Virus record (IMG/VR): IMGVR_UViG_3300008113_000177
Location: 1-56,192 of that record
From: a virus
Taxonomy: Duplodnaviria > Caudoviricetes
DNA: 56,192 nucleotides
Direction: 5' to 3' (one strand)
A program made the translations under genes and the position numbers. The notes under the pieces are model-generated. The model was not told where the DNA came from. It did not search any database and saw only the letters and a list, made by a program, of their open reading frames with translations. How positions within the stretch are numbered: the first letter of the stretch is position 1; every line of letters starts with the position of its first letter. Below, in pieces: positions 7,908-16,874 of this stretch.

Positions 7908-8138
7908 ATGGATAACATATTCTTTGTATGCGTCGGGTTTGCTGCATATGCACTTGTAAACTATGGGCTAAATATGCTTGGCGCATACAGAGAATATAAA
8001 GAGCTTACTGAATGGCTTGATGAAAGGGGTGTGGAGATATCGTCCCTAGATAAACGGGAGTTATCAAAGTACCTTTCAATATTCAGGTTATCTGAAATAG
8101 ATGGTGTTGAAGTAGTCTCGATTGATGAGCCTGAATAA
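7908..8138 (+). CDS. Small membrane-anchored hypothetical protein
   Basis: MDNIFFVCVGFAAYALVNYGL... starts right after the dut stop. Confidence 0.6.
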   Translation: MDNIFFVCVGFAAYALVNYGLNMLGAYREYKELTEWLDERGVEISSLDKRELSKYLSIFRLSEIDGVEVVSIDEPE

Positions 8139-8212
8139 GGAGGAGCCAGCCGCTGGGAGTACGACTGGCTCTGGATAGGTTGCCTGAAAGGTAAGGTAGG
8201 TAGGTATCAGAC
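8138..8212 (-). ncRNA. Putative anti-RBS small RNA targeting early-gene leaders
   Basis: TATAAT at 8224-8219, then 6 nt; stem GUCUGA/UCAGGC with loop UACCUACCUACCUUACCUU; 3' hairpin GAGCCAGUCG/CGGCUGGCUC. Confidence 0.7.
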
Positions 8213-8226
8213 AGTAGGATTATACC

Positions 8227-8460
8227 TTAGTCTTCTTTGTTGGCAAGTTGCTTTGAAACATAATCTGCATATTCAAGGGCGAGTTTCATTTGAGACCTAG
8301 CGTTAGGTTCGTAGCCTTGCTTCTTGTAGATGTTCTGAAGGTGATAGTGAACAGTTCGTTTAGAGATTAGTAGCTTTTCGCCTATCTCATTTACTGTCAT
8401 CCTGTCTATTGCCATAAGATTCAAAATAGTGTGTTCTTTAGGCGTTAGGTTGTCATACAT
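8227..8460 (-). CDS. LuxR/GerE-type HTH transcriptional regulator
   Basis: LTPKEHTILNLMA...EIGEKLLISKRTVHYHLQNIYKK. Confidence 0.88.
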   Translation of the reverse strand: MYDNLTPKEHTILNLMAIDRMTVNEIGEKLLISKRTVHYHLQNIYKKQGYEPNARSQMKLALEYADYVSKQLANKED

Positions 8461-8812
8461 CCCTTGCTCTCCTCTTTAGTGTGTTGAACTGTGTTTCAGC
8501 CTTTGCCTCATCTTCATAGAAGTAAATCACGCTTTGGTTTTTACCATTTGAGTAATCTTCTCGATGGAATACAAAGAATGAGTAGGTTGGATGCTTTACG
8601 ATTGTTCCCAGATTGCAAATAAGTGTATGACCAGGACAACGTCCATTAATGCATCCATCTTCACAATATTGCTTTCCCATAAACTTCTCTTTCCATTTAG
8701 GAGATACACCCATAGGTGTTCCAAATGTACGTTCGTCGAGTAAGTTTGCTAGATGGACAATTGCATTGATGTACAAAGGGTCATCAGTTGAAGTGATTAA
8801 TTTTTGTGCCAT
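8453..8812 (-). CDS. Hypothetical protein
   Basis: 119-aa ORF; TGnTAAACT-N6-ATG start. Confidence 0.7.
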   Translation of the reverse strand: MAQKLITSTDDPLYINAIVHLANLLDERTFGTPMGVSPKWKEKFMGKQYCEDGCINGRCPGHTLICNLGTIVKHPTYSFFVFHREDYSNGKNQSVIYFYEDEAKAETQFNTLKRRARDV

Positions 8813-8864
8813 ATGACAAGTTTATCAGGTATGCATTAGATAGCATATACGTTACAATCCGATT

Positions 8865-9113
8865 ATGGGCGTCGTAAAGAAATATCAGAACCCCAAGGGT
8901 GGATTGAACGCAGCTGGTAGAGCGCATTTCAAGAAGACTACTGGTGCTAACTTGAAGCCCCCGGCTCCTAAGCCTAAAACGCCAAAAGATGCTGCTCGCC
9001 GTAAGTCATTCTGTTCAAGAATGAAAGGTATGCGTGAGAAGAACACATCGCCTGAAGTAGCAAAAGACCCTAACAGTAGAATAAATAAGTCCTTAAGAGC
9101 TTGGAATTGTTAG
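8865..9113 (+). CDS. Small basic phage protein (DUF6321-like)
   Basis: GGLNAAGRA...RRKSFCSRM...DPNSRINKSLRAWNC. Confidence 0.8.
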   Translation: MGVVKKYQNPKGGLNAAGRAHFKKTTGANLKPPAPKPKTPKDAARRKSFCSRMKGMREKNTSPEVAKDPNSRINKSLRAWNC

Positions 9114-9123
9114 TGAGATAATC

Positions 9124-9297
9124 ATGAAAACTAAAGCGCATCGTGGCTTCAAAGTAGTACAAGCAGAGATTGCTAAGAAGCAAGGTATCTCTATGAATAG
9201 TGCTGGTGCTATCCTAGCAACTTCTGCACGTAAAGCTAGCCCTGCCGCTAAGGCTAAAAACCCTAGACTAAAGAAAGTATTAGGCAAGGCTAAGTAA
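9124..9297 (+). CDS. Small basic phage protein (57 aa)
   Basis: Read by hand: MKTKAHRGFKVVQAEIAKKQGISMNSAGAILATSARKASPAAKAKNPRLKKVLGKAK*. Confidence 0.75.
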   Translation: MKTKAHRGFKVVQAEIAKKQGISMNSAGAILATSARKASPAAKAKNPRLKKVLGKAK

Positions 9298-9570
9298 ATG
9301 CTGAACGAGATGAACAAGCATATGAACCATCTTTCTATGGGTACTTTGATGACTATAGAAACGAAGGAACATAACCTCAAGAAAGCACCTACGAAAACGG
9401 AGCTTCTGAAAATGGAGCAACGTGAGCATAAGTTAGGCAATCGCCCGACTATGCGAGAAGCAATGGAAGCTGAGTACGCAGAGCATTCTAACGCTGAAGA
9501 TAAGTTGGTAATCAAACCGAGTCGAGCGCAGGAAGCCAAGGCTACTGCCATTTATAAAAAAAGGAAGTAA
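9298..9570 (+). CDS. Hypothetical protein with internal E.EH.L...PT repeat
   Basis: ETKEHNLKKAPT and EQREHKLGNRPT; abuts previous stop. Confidence 0.7.
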   Translation: MLNEMNKHMNHLSMGTLMTIETKEHNLKKAPTKTELLKMEQREHKLGNRPTMREAMEAEYAEHSNAEDKLVIKPSRAQEAKATAIYKKRK

Positions 9571-9575
9571 CTAAA

Positions 9576-9743
9576 ATGCCAATGGGAATGCCCTATCCAA
9601 AGGGTGAAATGTCTATGTCGAAGATGATGGGTGTTGAGTCCAAGAAGGATGCAATGCCAGCGAAAAAGGCTAAAAGCATGAAGCCTGCATCTAAGAACGG
9701 TAAGAAGATGACCGCAAAGATGATGATGAAAGGTAAATGTTGA
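9576..9743 (+). CDS. Met/Lys-rich microprotein (55 aa)
   Basis: Read by hand: MPMGMPYPKGEMSMSKMMGVESKKDAMPAKKAKSMKPASKNGKKMTAKMMMKGKC*; TGATG overlap with next gene. Confidence 0.7.
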   Translation: MPMGMPYPKGEMSMSKMMGVESKKDAMPAKKAKSMKPASKNGKKMTAKMMMKGKC

Positions 9744-10822
9744 TGGCGGCTGCATCCGCTAATATGAGTGCCGCTAAACGCTTTCAGGCAAGTATGAGGA
9801 GTAATAACCCTGGTATCGTTCCTGATAAGCAAGGCACTGCACGAACGCTAGAAGCTGCTCGTCGTTTTCAACAAACTATGCGTCTACGTGACCCCGGTAT
9901 TGTTGGTAATGCTAGTAGTGAATTGTCTAAAGCGTTAGTTCGGTCTGCACCTTCTGAGATTGCCACACGTGCTAGTGGTGAACTAATGAAGCGTGAGGCT
10001 GGTGATATTGCTCGTCGTGCAAGTGGTGAAATGGTTAAGCGTCCAGCAGGTGAACTTGCAACTCGTGCCGCTGGCGAGATGGTTAAACGTCCTGCTGGAG
10101 AACTCGCTACACGTGCTGGTGGTGAGATGGTCAAGCGTGGTGCAGGTGATGTTGCTAGACGTGCTGGTGGTGAACTTGCTAAGGTTGCTGCCTCTGAAGG
10201 TAGCAAGGCTGGTATGCGTCAAGTTGCCGGTCAGGTTGCTAGTCAAGCTGCTGGTAATCTTGGGCGAACCGCTGCACAAGGACTTGCTATGGGTGCGGCT
10301 AAAGCTGTTTTACCAATAGCAGTTGTTGCGGCTACACAAAAAGGTTCTGGTGAATTTCCTGAACTAGAGAAGTTGCGTCGCGAAGAATCTGAAAACCGTC
10401 GTGTCAAAATGCAACAAGGTATGAAAACAGGTATGGGTAACACTGCACCTGGTGCATACCGTCACGAAACGCATATGACAGGTCTCAAAGGTGAATATAA
10501 ACCTATTGAAGACTTGACTGGATATGCCGTTAGCCTCATTGAAAAAGGTCGTAACTTTGGTGAAGCTCGTAAACTTATGCAGGGAACTGAAAAGTTTAGG
10601 GGTATGTCAGATGACATGAAGCGTATGGCTCTTCAGTACTACGATGATTGGCAGAAGGGTCAGTTAGCATCTACTAATCCTGCTGGTCGTGCTAAGTTGA
10701 ATGCTTATCTTGCATCTGAAAAACAGGCAAGGGAACGTGCTGCAAATGCAAATAAACCTTTGACGCCTACTGACCCAACTGGAATGCGTAAGCCTATTCG
10801 TCGTGCGCTTGGGATGGAATAG
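9743..10822 (+). CDS. Hypothetical protein with 8-aa tandem repeats
   Basis: About 9 units of R-x-x-G-E/D-hydrophobic-x-x (RAAGEMVK/RPAGELAT). Confidence 0.8.
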   Translation: MAAASANMSAAKRFQASMRSNNPGIVPDKQGTARTLEAARRFQQTMRLRDPGIVGNASSELSKALVRSAPSEIATRASGELMKREAGDIARRASGEMVKRPAGELATRAAGEMVKRPAGELATRAGGEMVKRGAGDVARRAGGELAKVAASEGSKAGMRQVAGQVASQAAGNLGRTAAQGLAMGAAKAVLPIAVVAATQKGSGEFPELEKLRREESENRRVKMQQGMKTGMGNTAPGAYRHETHMTGLKGEYKPIEDLTGYAVSLIEKGRNFGEARKLMQGTEKFRGMSDDMKRMALQYYDDWQKGQLASTNPAGRAKLNAYLASEKQARERAANANKPLTPTDPTGMRKPIRRALGME

Positions 10823-11054
10823 CAGATACTGCTATAACAATATTGTCAGCAATAGATGTTGACTTAGTAATCTCAAAAACTAAATACCAGAGTGCCTTCT
10901 GCAAGTCATCTTGTTCGGAGGCACTTTTCTTTTTGCCAGCACGTCCTATGTACTTGATAATATTACCTAAACAGAAGTCTAAGTCCCAGTCAACTATTAC
11001 ATCTAGTGGCTGAATATTACTCTTGCGGTAGTGTTCTATCTGTTCATACGACAT
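10794..11054 (-). CDS. DUF3310 family protein
   Basis: HY...IQPLDVI...FCLGNIIKYIGRAGKK...DLQKALWYL; TATAAT-N6-ATG. Confidence 0.85.
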   Translation of the reverse strand: MSYEQIEHYRKSNIQPLDVIVDWDLDFCLGNIIKYIGRAGKKKSASEQDDLQKALWYLVFEITKSTSIADNIVIAVSAIPSQAHDE

Positions 11055-11090
11055 AATGGGATTATACACTGGTAAAGGTGCTAACTACAA

Positions 11091-11957
11091 TTGACAGATA
11101 AGCGTAAGATGTTCCTTCAGAAGGGTGGGTTGGAAATCACTGACCCTATTACTGAAACGGATGGAGTCCGCTACAAGAACCGTAACGGCACATTAATTAG
11201 GTGTTGTGATGCAGAGGTTGGGCAAGGTTCTAAAACGTGGAAGTGTCGAAACATTGCAGTCAAGGGGAGTGCATTTTGTATAAAGCACGGCGGAGTACCG
11301 AAACCAGCCAATACCAATTCGTTATTATTCAACACAGGTCTTCAAAGTAGCAACCAAGGTAGATTCCGTAATGTTGGTAAGAAGATGCTTGACCGCATCG
11401 ACAAGCTTAGGGAAGACCCTGAACTTTGGTCATTGCGAGATGACACTGCATACATCACTGCTCTTCTTGATATTAGAGCAGAAGCAGCTGCTGAAGGTGT
11501 TAGTCTTGACCAATACAAAAAGATTCAAGAGATGTATAAGTCTTGTGCTGACCATAAATATCAAGAGGACTTTTGGGATTTATTTGATGAGTTAGGTAAG
11601 GCTATTAGTCATACGTTAAGTGAGTTTGCTGCATCAAAGGATGTACTTGAACTCATTGAACGACGTACTGATATTGTGGAAACAGAACAACGGTTGATGC
11701 ATCAAAAGGCATATACTCTTGAAGTAGACCAAGCATTCAGTCTTGTCATGCAGATTGTGAACGTTATTAATCGCACTGTAAGTAACTCTGATGAGAGGCA
11801 AGGAATCAAGGCTGGCATTGGCAAACTGTTGACTGTTTATAAGCAGTCATATGAAGAAGAAATTATAGATGCCGAGGTAATAGATGGCGCAGCAGAAGAG
11901 TCAGGTGAATACCAAGATAACTCCCAAGGCACTGAGGAAGTTCATCCGACCGAATAA
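11091..11957 (+). CDS. Probable terminase small subunit
   Basis: Directly upstream of TerL; C..C...CIKHGG motif followed by helical region. Confidence 0.6.
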   Translation: MTDKRKMFLQKGGLEITDPITETDGVRYKNRNGTLIRCCDAEVGQGSKTWKCRNIAVKGSAFCIKHGGVPKPANTNSLLFNTGLQSSNQGRFRNVGKKMLDRIDKLREDPELWSLRDDTAYITALLDIRAEAAAEGVSLDQYKKIQEMYKSCADHKYQEDFWDLFDELGKAISHTLSEFAASKDVLELIERRTDIVETEQRLMHQKAYTLEVDQAFSLVMQIVNVINRTVSNSDERQGIKAGIGKLLTVYKQSYEEEIIDAEVIDGAAEESGEYQDNSQGTEEVHPTE

Positions 11958-13626
11958 GCCGTTATCTGTCGCATTGCTTGAAGCGATGCAAGAGAAGTTT
12001 GATGAAGTGATTGATGGAAGTGGCTTTGATTCAAGGGCATATGCTATTGATGGTTCGGAACTTGAGTATCAGAAGTGGTTACGTAAGTTTGCTCCTCATG
12101 CTGCATCTGCACCATTAGCAAGGCATCACATTCGTGCGTGGGAATGGGCTGAAGGCATAGAGGCTGGTAATCCGCCTCCTGCTCTTATTGAGTGCTGGTT
12201 TCGTGGTGGTGGTAAGTCTACTACTATGGAGCTTATCTCTAGCCGTATTGCAGTCAAGGCTACACGCAGATTCCTTCTATATGTGTGTTCAACCCAAGAT
12301 GCCGCTAACCGTCACGTTGCAGATATAGCGAATACGATGGAGAAGTGTGGCATTGAGAGAGCCATCAATAAGTATGGATACTCTAGGGGTTGGAATGCTG
12401 AAAAACTACGTACTGCCAACGGGTTCAATATCTTAGCGTTTGGATTAGACACTGGCGCACGTGGTGTAAAGTTAGACAACCTTCGTCCTGACATGATTAT
12501 CTTGGACGATATTGATGAGCTTGATGACTCCGTCAATCGTGTTGAGAAGAAGATTCAGACTATCACCCAGACTATTCTCCCAGCGAAGAGTACCGATTGT
12601 GCGATTGTTTTTGTACAGAATAAAATTCACGCTAACTCAGTAATGAGTCGGGTATTAAATGGTGAGTTAGATATGTTACAAAACAGAATCCAATCACCTA
12701 TTGTTCCTGCCATTGAGAACCTAGAGTACATACCTATTGAAAAAGAAGACGGTCGTACTGGTTACAAGATTAAAAGTGGTGAGGCTAACTGGGACCACAA
12801 GTCTCTTGAGGTTTGCCAAAGAGAGATAGATGATTTTGGTATCATCGCATTCTTGCGTGAGTGCCAGCATGAAGTTGGTGTTGGTGGTAAGTTCTTCGGT
12901 GACTTTAGGGAATATGGTCCAGACGGAGAGCCTTGGCACGTAGTCGATTCTGTTGATACTCAGCCTTGGTGGAGATTCTGGGCAAGTCACGACTTTGGTA
13001 CGGGTTCACCAGCTGCATTTATCCTTTACTGTTCTGATGAAAAAGAGAACATCTACGTCATAGGTGAGTTCTATGAAGCAGGTCACGTATCAAGTAAGCA
13101 AGCCGAGAATGCTCTTCTCCTCTTGGAGAAGTTTAAGTTAGCAGAGGCATCTGATAGACGGTTTAAAGAAGGTAAGTGGAATACGAAGTTAGAGGCTATT
13201 GCCTTTGACTGGGCTAATACATTCCCACCTGAGAATCCTGCACAACGCATTGGTGAGTACCCTGTTGAGATTTGGTGGAAGAAGGGCTTGCCTTGTGTAC
13301 GTGCAGTCAAAGACCGTAAGGCTGGATGGCGTCGTGTCAAGGAATGGTTGATGGCGTCAAGGGTTGAAGGTGACAAGGTTAAGCCTAAGATACGCATAGT
13401 GCGTGACGCTTGCCCTAACCTGATACGTGAGTTAGGCAAGACTATGGCTGACCCACGAGACCCTGAAGATATTGATGGTGGTACACGTAGCGACCACGCT
13501 ATTGACTCGTTTAGGTATGGATTGATGTGGCGTGAATATCCTGTTCAGTGTCCAGAGACTTCTGACATGAAAACGTGGAAACCTTTGTGGGCAGATGATG
13601 GATATGGAAGGAAAGATTACCTGTGA
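11884..13626 (+). CDS. terL: Terminase large subunit
   Basis: Walker A FRGGGKST, Walker B IILDDID, nuclease SHDFGTGSP...DHAIDSFRY. Confidence 0.92.
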   Translation: MAQQKSQVNTKITPKALRKFIRPNKPLSVALLEAMQEKFDEVIDGSGFDSRAYAIDGSELEYQKWLRKFAPHAASAPLARHHIRAWEWAEGIEAGNPPPALIECWFRGGGKSTTMELISSRIAVKATRRFLLYVCSTQDAANRHVADIANTMEKCGIERAINKYGYSRGWNAEKLRTANGFNILAFGLDTGARGVKLDNLRPDMIILDDIDELDDSVNRVEKKIQTITQTILPAKSTDCAIVFVQNKIHANSVMSRVLNGELDMLQNRIQSPIVPAIENLEYIPIEKEDGRTGYKIKSGEANWDHKSLEVCQREIDDFGIIAFLRECQHEVGVGGKFFGDFREYGPDGEPWHVVDSVDTQPWWRFWASHDFGTGSPAAFILYCSDEKENIYVIGEFYEAGHVSSKQAENALLLLEKFKLAEASDRRFKEGKWNTKLEAIAFDWANTFPPENPAQRIGEYPVEIWWKKGLPCVRAVKDRKAGWRRVKEWLMASRVEGDKVKPKIRIVRDACPNLIRELGKTMADPRDPEDIDGGTRSDHAIDSFRYGLMWREYPVQCPETSDMKTWKPLWADDGYGRKDYL

Positions 13627-13763
13627 GATTTACAGATATTTACTTTGGTACACTCGCATTTATAGTTGCAAGTGCGTGTATGTATACTGCATATGAATTA
13701 CACTGCATTCGTAGAAACATTCCTGTAAAGAAAAAACAGGATGACAAGGGATGGTACATCTGA
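13623..13763 (+). CDS. Small membrane protein (46 aa)
   Basis: Read by hand: MRFTDIYFGTLAFIVASACMYTAYELH...; GTGA and TGATG overlaps on both sides. Confidence 0.6.
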   Translation: MRFTDIYFGTLAFIVASACMYTAYELHCIRRNIPVKKKQDDKGWYI

Positions 13764-15994
13764 TGAGACTGCCGCTTCAGCGTAAAAGGAATAAGAATAC
13801 TAGTGGGATGGACGTTATGTCTGGGCTTGTGTCCTTTGCTGAACAGAAGATTCAGGAAGAAAACCAGCCTAAGGTAATGGCTTACGAACAACGACTTGTA
13901 TCAGGTATCCCTGGTGCTGCGAAGTTGAAGAACGATGAAACTATTACTGATAATAATCTTACTCTTGACCATAACTCTAATGAGTGGAAGGTATTACCTG
14001 AAGCACCAGACGAAGAAAAGATAAAGATTACCAAGTTTGTCAAAGAGCAATTTGATATTGCTTATCGTGCTAGGCAAGAGATGGAACTTGAATGGGCTAT
14101 GTCAGTAGCCTTCTTTGAGGGTCGGCAATGGTTTCGTATTTCAAGTCAGACTCGTAATCTTATTCAGTTACAGAATAAGGACGAACCTAACCGTTACATC
14201 ACTGTCAATAAGATGCGTCCATTGATTGATGGTGTAGTAGGCAAGCTTACGCAGGTTGGTCCAGATGCAAGGGCTGTTCCACTATCTCAGTCGCAACGTG
14301 ACTTATTAGCATCTGATGAAGCAAACCATATCTGCAATCATTATAATCGTCAGTTTAGTCGTGAAACTCAGCTCAAGGAACGTGTTCGCTGGGCTTGTGT
14401 ATGTGGAACGTCTTACCTGAAGATTTACTGGGATGCTAACGGTGAACAGGTTATGCCTTACTTCTCTCCTGAAACAGGTGAGATTACAGGTTATGAGAAT
14501 ATCCAGATTGGTGATGTACGAGAAGAGATTCTTCCAGCCTTTGACGTATTCCTAGACCCAACAGCAAAGCGTGATGCTGATGTTCGTTGGTTGATTCATG
14601 CGTCTGCAAAGCCACTGTCTTGGTTTGTAGATAACTATGGTGACACAGGTAAGTTAGTCAATCCTGACGCTATGATGGGCAACAACGCATCGTATATTGA
14701 TGCTTACTTAGAGGGCGGTAACGGTTCTGGTAATGGGTGGGTTCCACCTTCTACTGCTAGGCTTGCTCAAAGTGACTCAAAAAAACGTGCTGCAATTGTT
14801 TATGAGTACTGGGAAAAACCGTCACAACAGTATCCATCAGGGCGATATATAGTTAGCACTAACTCAGTTCTACTTCACGCTGGACCTTGGCTATACAAGA
14901 AGAAGGATGAGTTCCCATTCATTCCTCTCCGATGGCAACCACGTAGTGGTACACCTTATGGACACGCACTAGGCTTTGACTTGTGTTCGCTTCAGCAGAC
15001 ATACAACCGAGTCTATTCACGTATGCTTGAGCAGTTTGAGCAACAGCGTGACTACGTGATGGTTCAACGATTGTCTAATGTAGGTGCTGACGCTTTCAAT
15101 CATACTGGTGATGACTATTATGATGAGAGCCGTACATACAAGAAGATTTACTACAACCCCGGTGCTGCGCCTCCAGTTGTAAGTCGTGCGCCGGGTATCG
15201 GTGGTGACCTATTCCCTATGCTTCAATACATAGAGAAAGACATGATGGATATTGCTGGATTGCATGACGTATCGCAAGGTATGGCTCCTGCTGGAACACC
15301 AGCTGAGGCAGTCCAGTTGCTTCAACGTGCAGACAATACTCAACACTCTTATGTACGTGCGGACATCGAAATATCAGCCGCTAAAATCAAGGAGTGGGAG
15401 ATTTCTCTCGTAGAGCAGTTTGGTGTTGCTCCATTCATTGGAAATGTTGAAGGAAGCGGTAATCCATACGACAGTATTGAGCAAGGTGTTATTACCTTTG
15501 AGCATATACGTAATGGTGGTCAATACCGCATCGTCTATGTCCCAGGCTCCAGTATGGAAGACAGCCCTGACCAGAAGCTGCAAAAGGTTTTGACTATGCG
15601 TCAGATGGGATTATTTGGTGACCCAAGCGACCCATCAACAAACAAGCTTGTAGTCAGTATGCTCAACATACCTGAGACATCAAAGATTATTCAGCACTTG
15701 AATGAGCAAGAAGAAGGTATGGCTCAACAAGCAATGATGGCACAGCAGATGGCTATGCAACAACAGTCTGTTGCTGAACAGTCTGCTAGTAAGTTTGACC
15801 CAGAGACTGCTCAGATGCAGTCACAACTGGAGATACAGAAGATACAGGCACAGGTCGCTGCAAAGACTGACGCTGACCTAGTCAAGATGCGTGAGCGTTC
15901 TCGATTGACTCAAGAGAACGATGCTGCAAAGGGTATTGTTGACATTTCTACGGAAAAAATTAAAAGTCAAACAATGCCGAACGCCAATCAATAG
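13763..15994 (+). CDS. Portal protein (P22-like, Q-rich helical C-terminus)
   Basis: Position after TerL; size; AFFEGRQW, TVNKMRP, FPFIP motifs; QQMAMQQQ tail. Confidence 0.85.
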   Translation: MRLPLQRKRNKNTSGMDVMSGLVSFAEQKIQEENQPKVMAYEQRLVSGIPGAAKLKNDETITDNNLTLDHNSNEWKVLPEAPDEEKIKITKFVKEQFDIAYRARQEMELEWAMSVAFFEGRQWFRISSQTRNLIQLQNKDEPNRYITVNKMRPLIDGVVGKLTQVGPDARAVPLSQSQRDLLASDEANHICNHYNRQFSRETQLKERVRWACVCGTSYLKIYWDANGEQVMPYFSPETGEITGYENIQIGDVREEILPAFDVFLDPTAKRDADVRWLIHASAKPLSWFVDNYGDTGKLVNPDAMMGNNASYIDAYLEGGNGSGNGWVPPSTARLAQSDSKKRAAIVYEYWEKPSQQYPSGRYIVSTNSVLLHAGPWLYKKKDEFPFIPLRWQPRSGTPYGHALGFDLCSLQQTYNRVYSRMLEQFEQQRDYVMVQRLSNVGADAFNHTGDDYYDESRTYKKIYYNPGAAPPVVSRAPGIGGDLFPMLQYIEKDMMDIAGLHDVSQGMAPAGTPAEAVQLLQRADNTQHSYVRADIEISAAKIKEWEISLVEQFGVAPFIGNVEGSGNPYDSIEQGVITFEHIRNGGQYRIVYVPGSSMEDSPDQKLQKVLTMRQMGLFGDPSDPSTNKLVVSMLNIPETSKIIQHLNEQEEGMAQQAMMAQQMAMQQQSVAEQSASKFDPETAQMQSQLEIQKIQAQVAAKTDADLVKMRERSRLTQENDAAKGIVDISTEKIKSQTMPNANQ

Positions 15995-16027
15995 TTGGCA
16001 AAACCATAATTAAGGAGTACGATTAAT

Positions 16028-16861
16028 TTGTCAGACGAGATGATGATACCTACACCCGAATCATCAACGGGTGCGTCAGACGGTTACGGCGTTGGTAACG
16101 CCATATTGGACGAAGTACGTGGAGCCGCCGTCTACGATACTTATAGCACAGAAGGCGTTAACGATGATGCTATGGTCCCAGCGGAGCAATCCGCAACTGA
16201 TGATGACTTCGGTTATCTGTCAGAGCCAGTTGAAACTTCTAATGAGCCTGGACCAATCCCATACGAGCGGTTCAAGGAAGTAAACGATAAAGCTAAGTCT
16301 TATTCCGACCGTTACGAGAAGTGGGCTGATGTTATCCAGCAGTTTGAACAGCAGGGGTTCCAATCCTCAGCTGACATTCGCAAGATGCAACAGCAACAAC
16401 AAGTCGAAATGCAGGAAGAGTCAATAAGGCAGCATTATCGAGAACTTCAATCTCAAGAACTTGTTGACCCTACTACTGCCCAACTGCAACTTGATGCTGA
16501 ACTCCAGAAGTTCCGCTATGAACAAGCAATGCAGGAAGTTGGACAGTTTATAAGTCAGCGAGAGCGAGAACAGGCGATACAGCAGTATCCACTGGCACAA
16601 AAAGCAAGTCACTTAGTGGACAGTCTGGTTAATGTAGGTATTAAGCCTACTGATGCCGTAAAGATGGTTCACGAACAAATCCAGAGTTTACAACAATCGT
16701 TAGTGCCAGAACTTACTAAACAGGTTGTTCAAAGTCAGCGTACTCCGACTCCGCAATCTCAAGCAGGTTCGGCAGCACCAACGGTTAGTGGAAACTCACA
16801 AGCTCCTCGAAGGATGAGCTTATCGGATTTAATGGGTATTAATCGAAATAGACCAATGTAG
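16028..16861 (+). CDS. Capsid scaffolding protein
   Basis: Acidic N-terminus, IPYERFKEVN motif, coiled coil; between portal and capsid; AAGGAG RBS. Confidence 0.75.
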   Translation: MSDEMMIPTPESSTGASDGYGVGNAILDEVRGAAVYDTYSTEGVNDDAMVPAEQSATDDDFGYLSEPVETSNEPGPIPYERFKEVNDKAKSYSDRYEKWADVIQQFEQQGFQSSADIRKMQQQQQVEMQEESIRQHYRELQSQELVDPTTAQLQLDAELQKFRYEQAMQEVGQFISQREREQAIQQYPLAQKASHLVDSLVNVGIKPTDAVKMVHEQIQSLQQSLVPELTKQVVQSQRTPTPQSQAGSAAPTVSGNSQAPRRMSLSDLMGINRNRPM

Positions 16862-16874
16862 GAAGGCTAAATAA

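Noticed and set aside
8186-8216. + strand GAAAGGTAAGGTAGGTAGGT read as an RBS for a missed gene
   Set aside because: It is followed by ATC AGA CAG TAG: no start codon or ORF. The minus-strand sRNA reading explains promoter, stem and terminal hairpin together.
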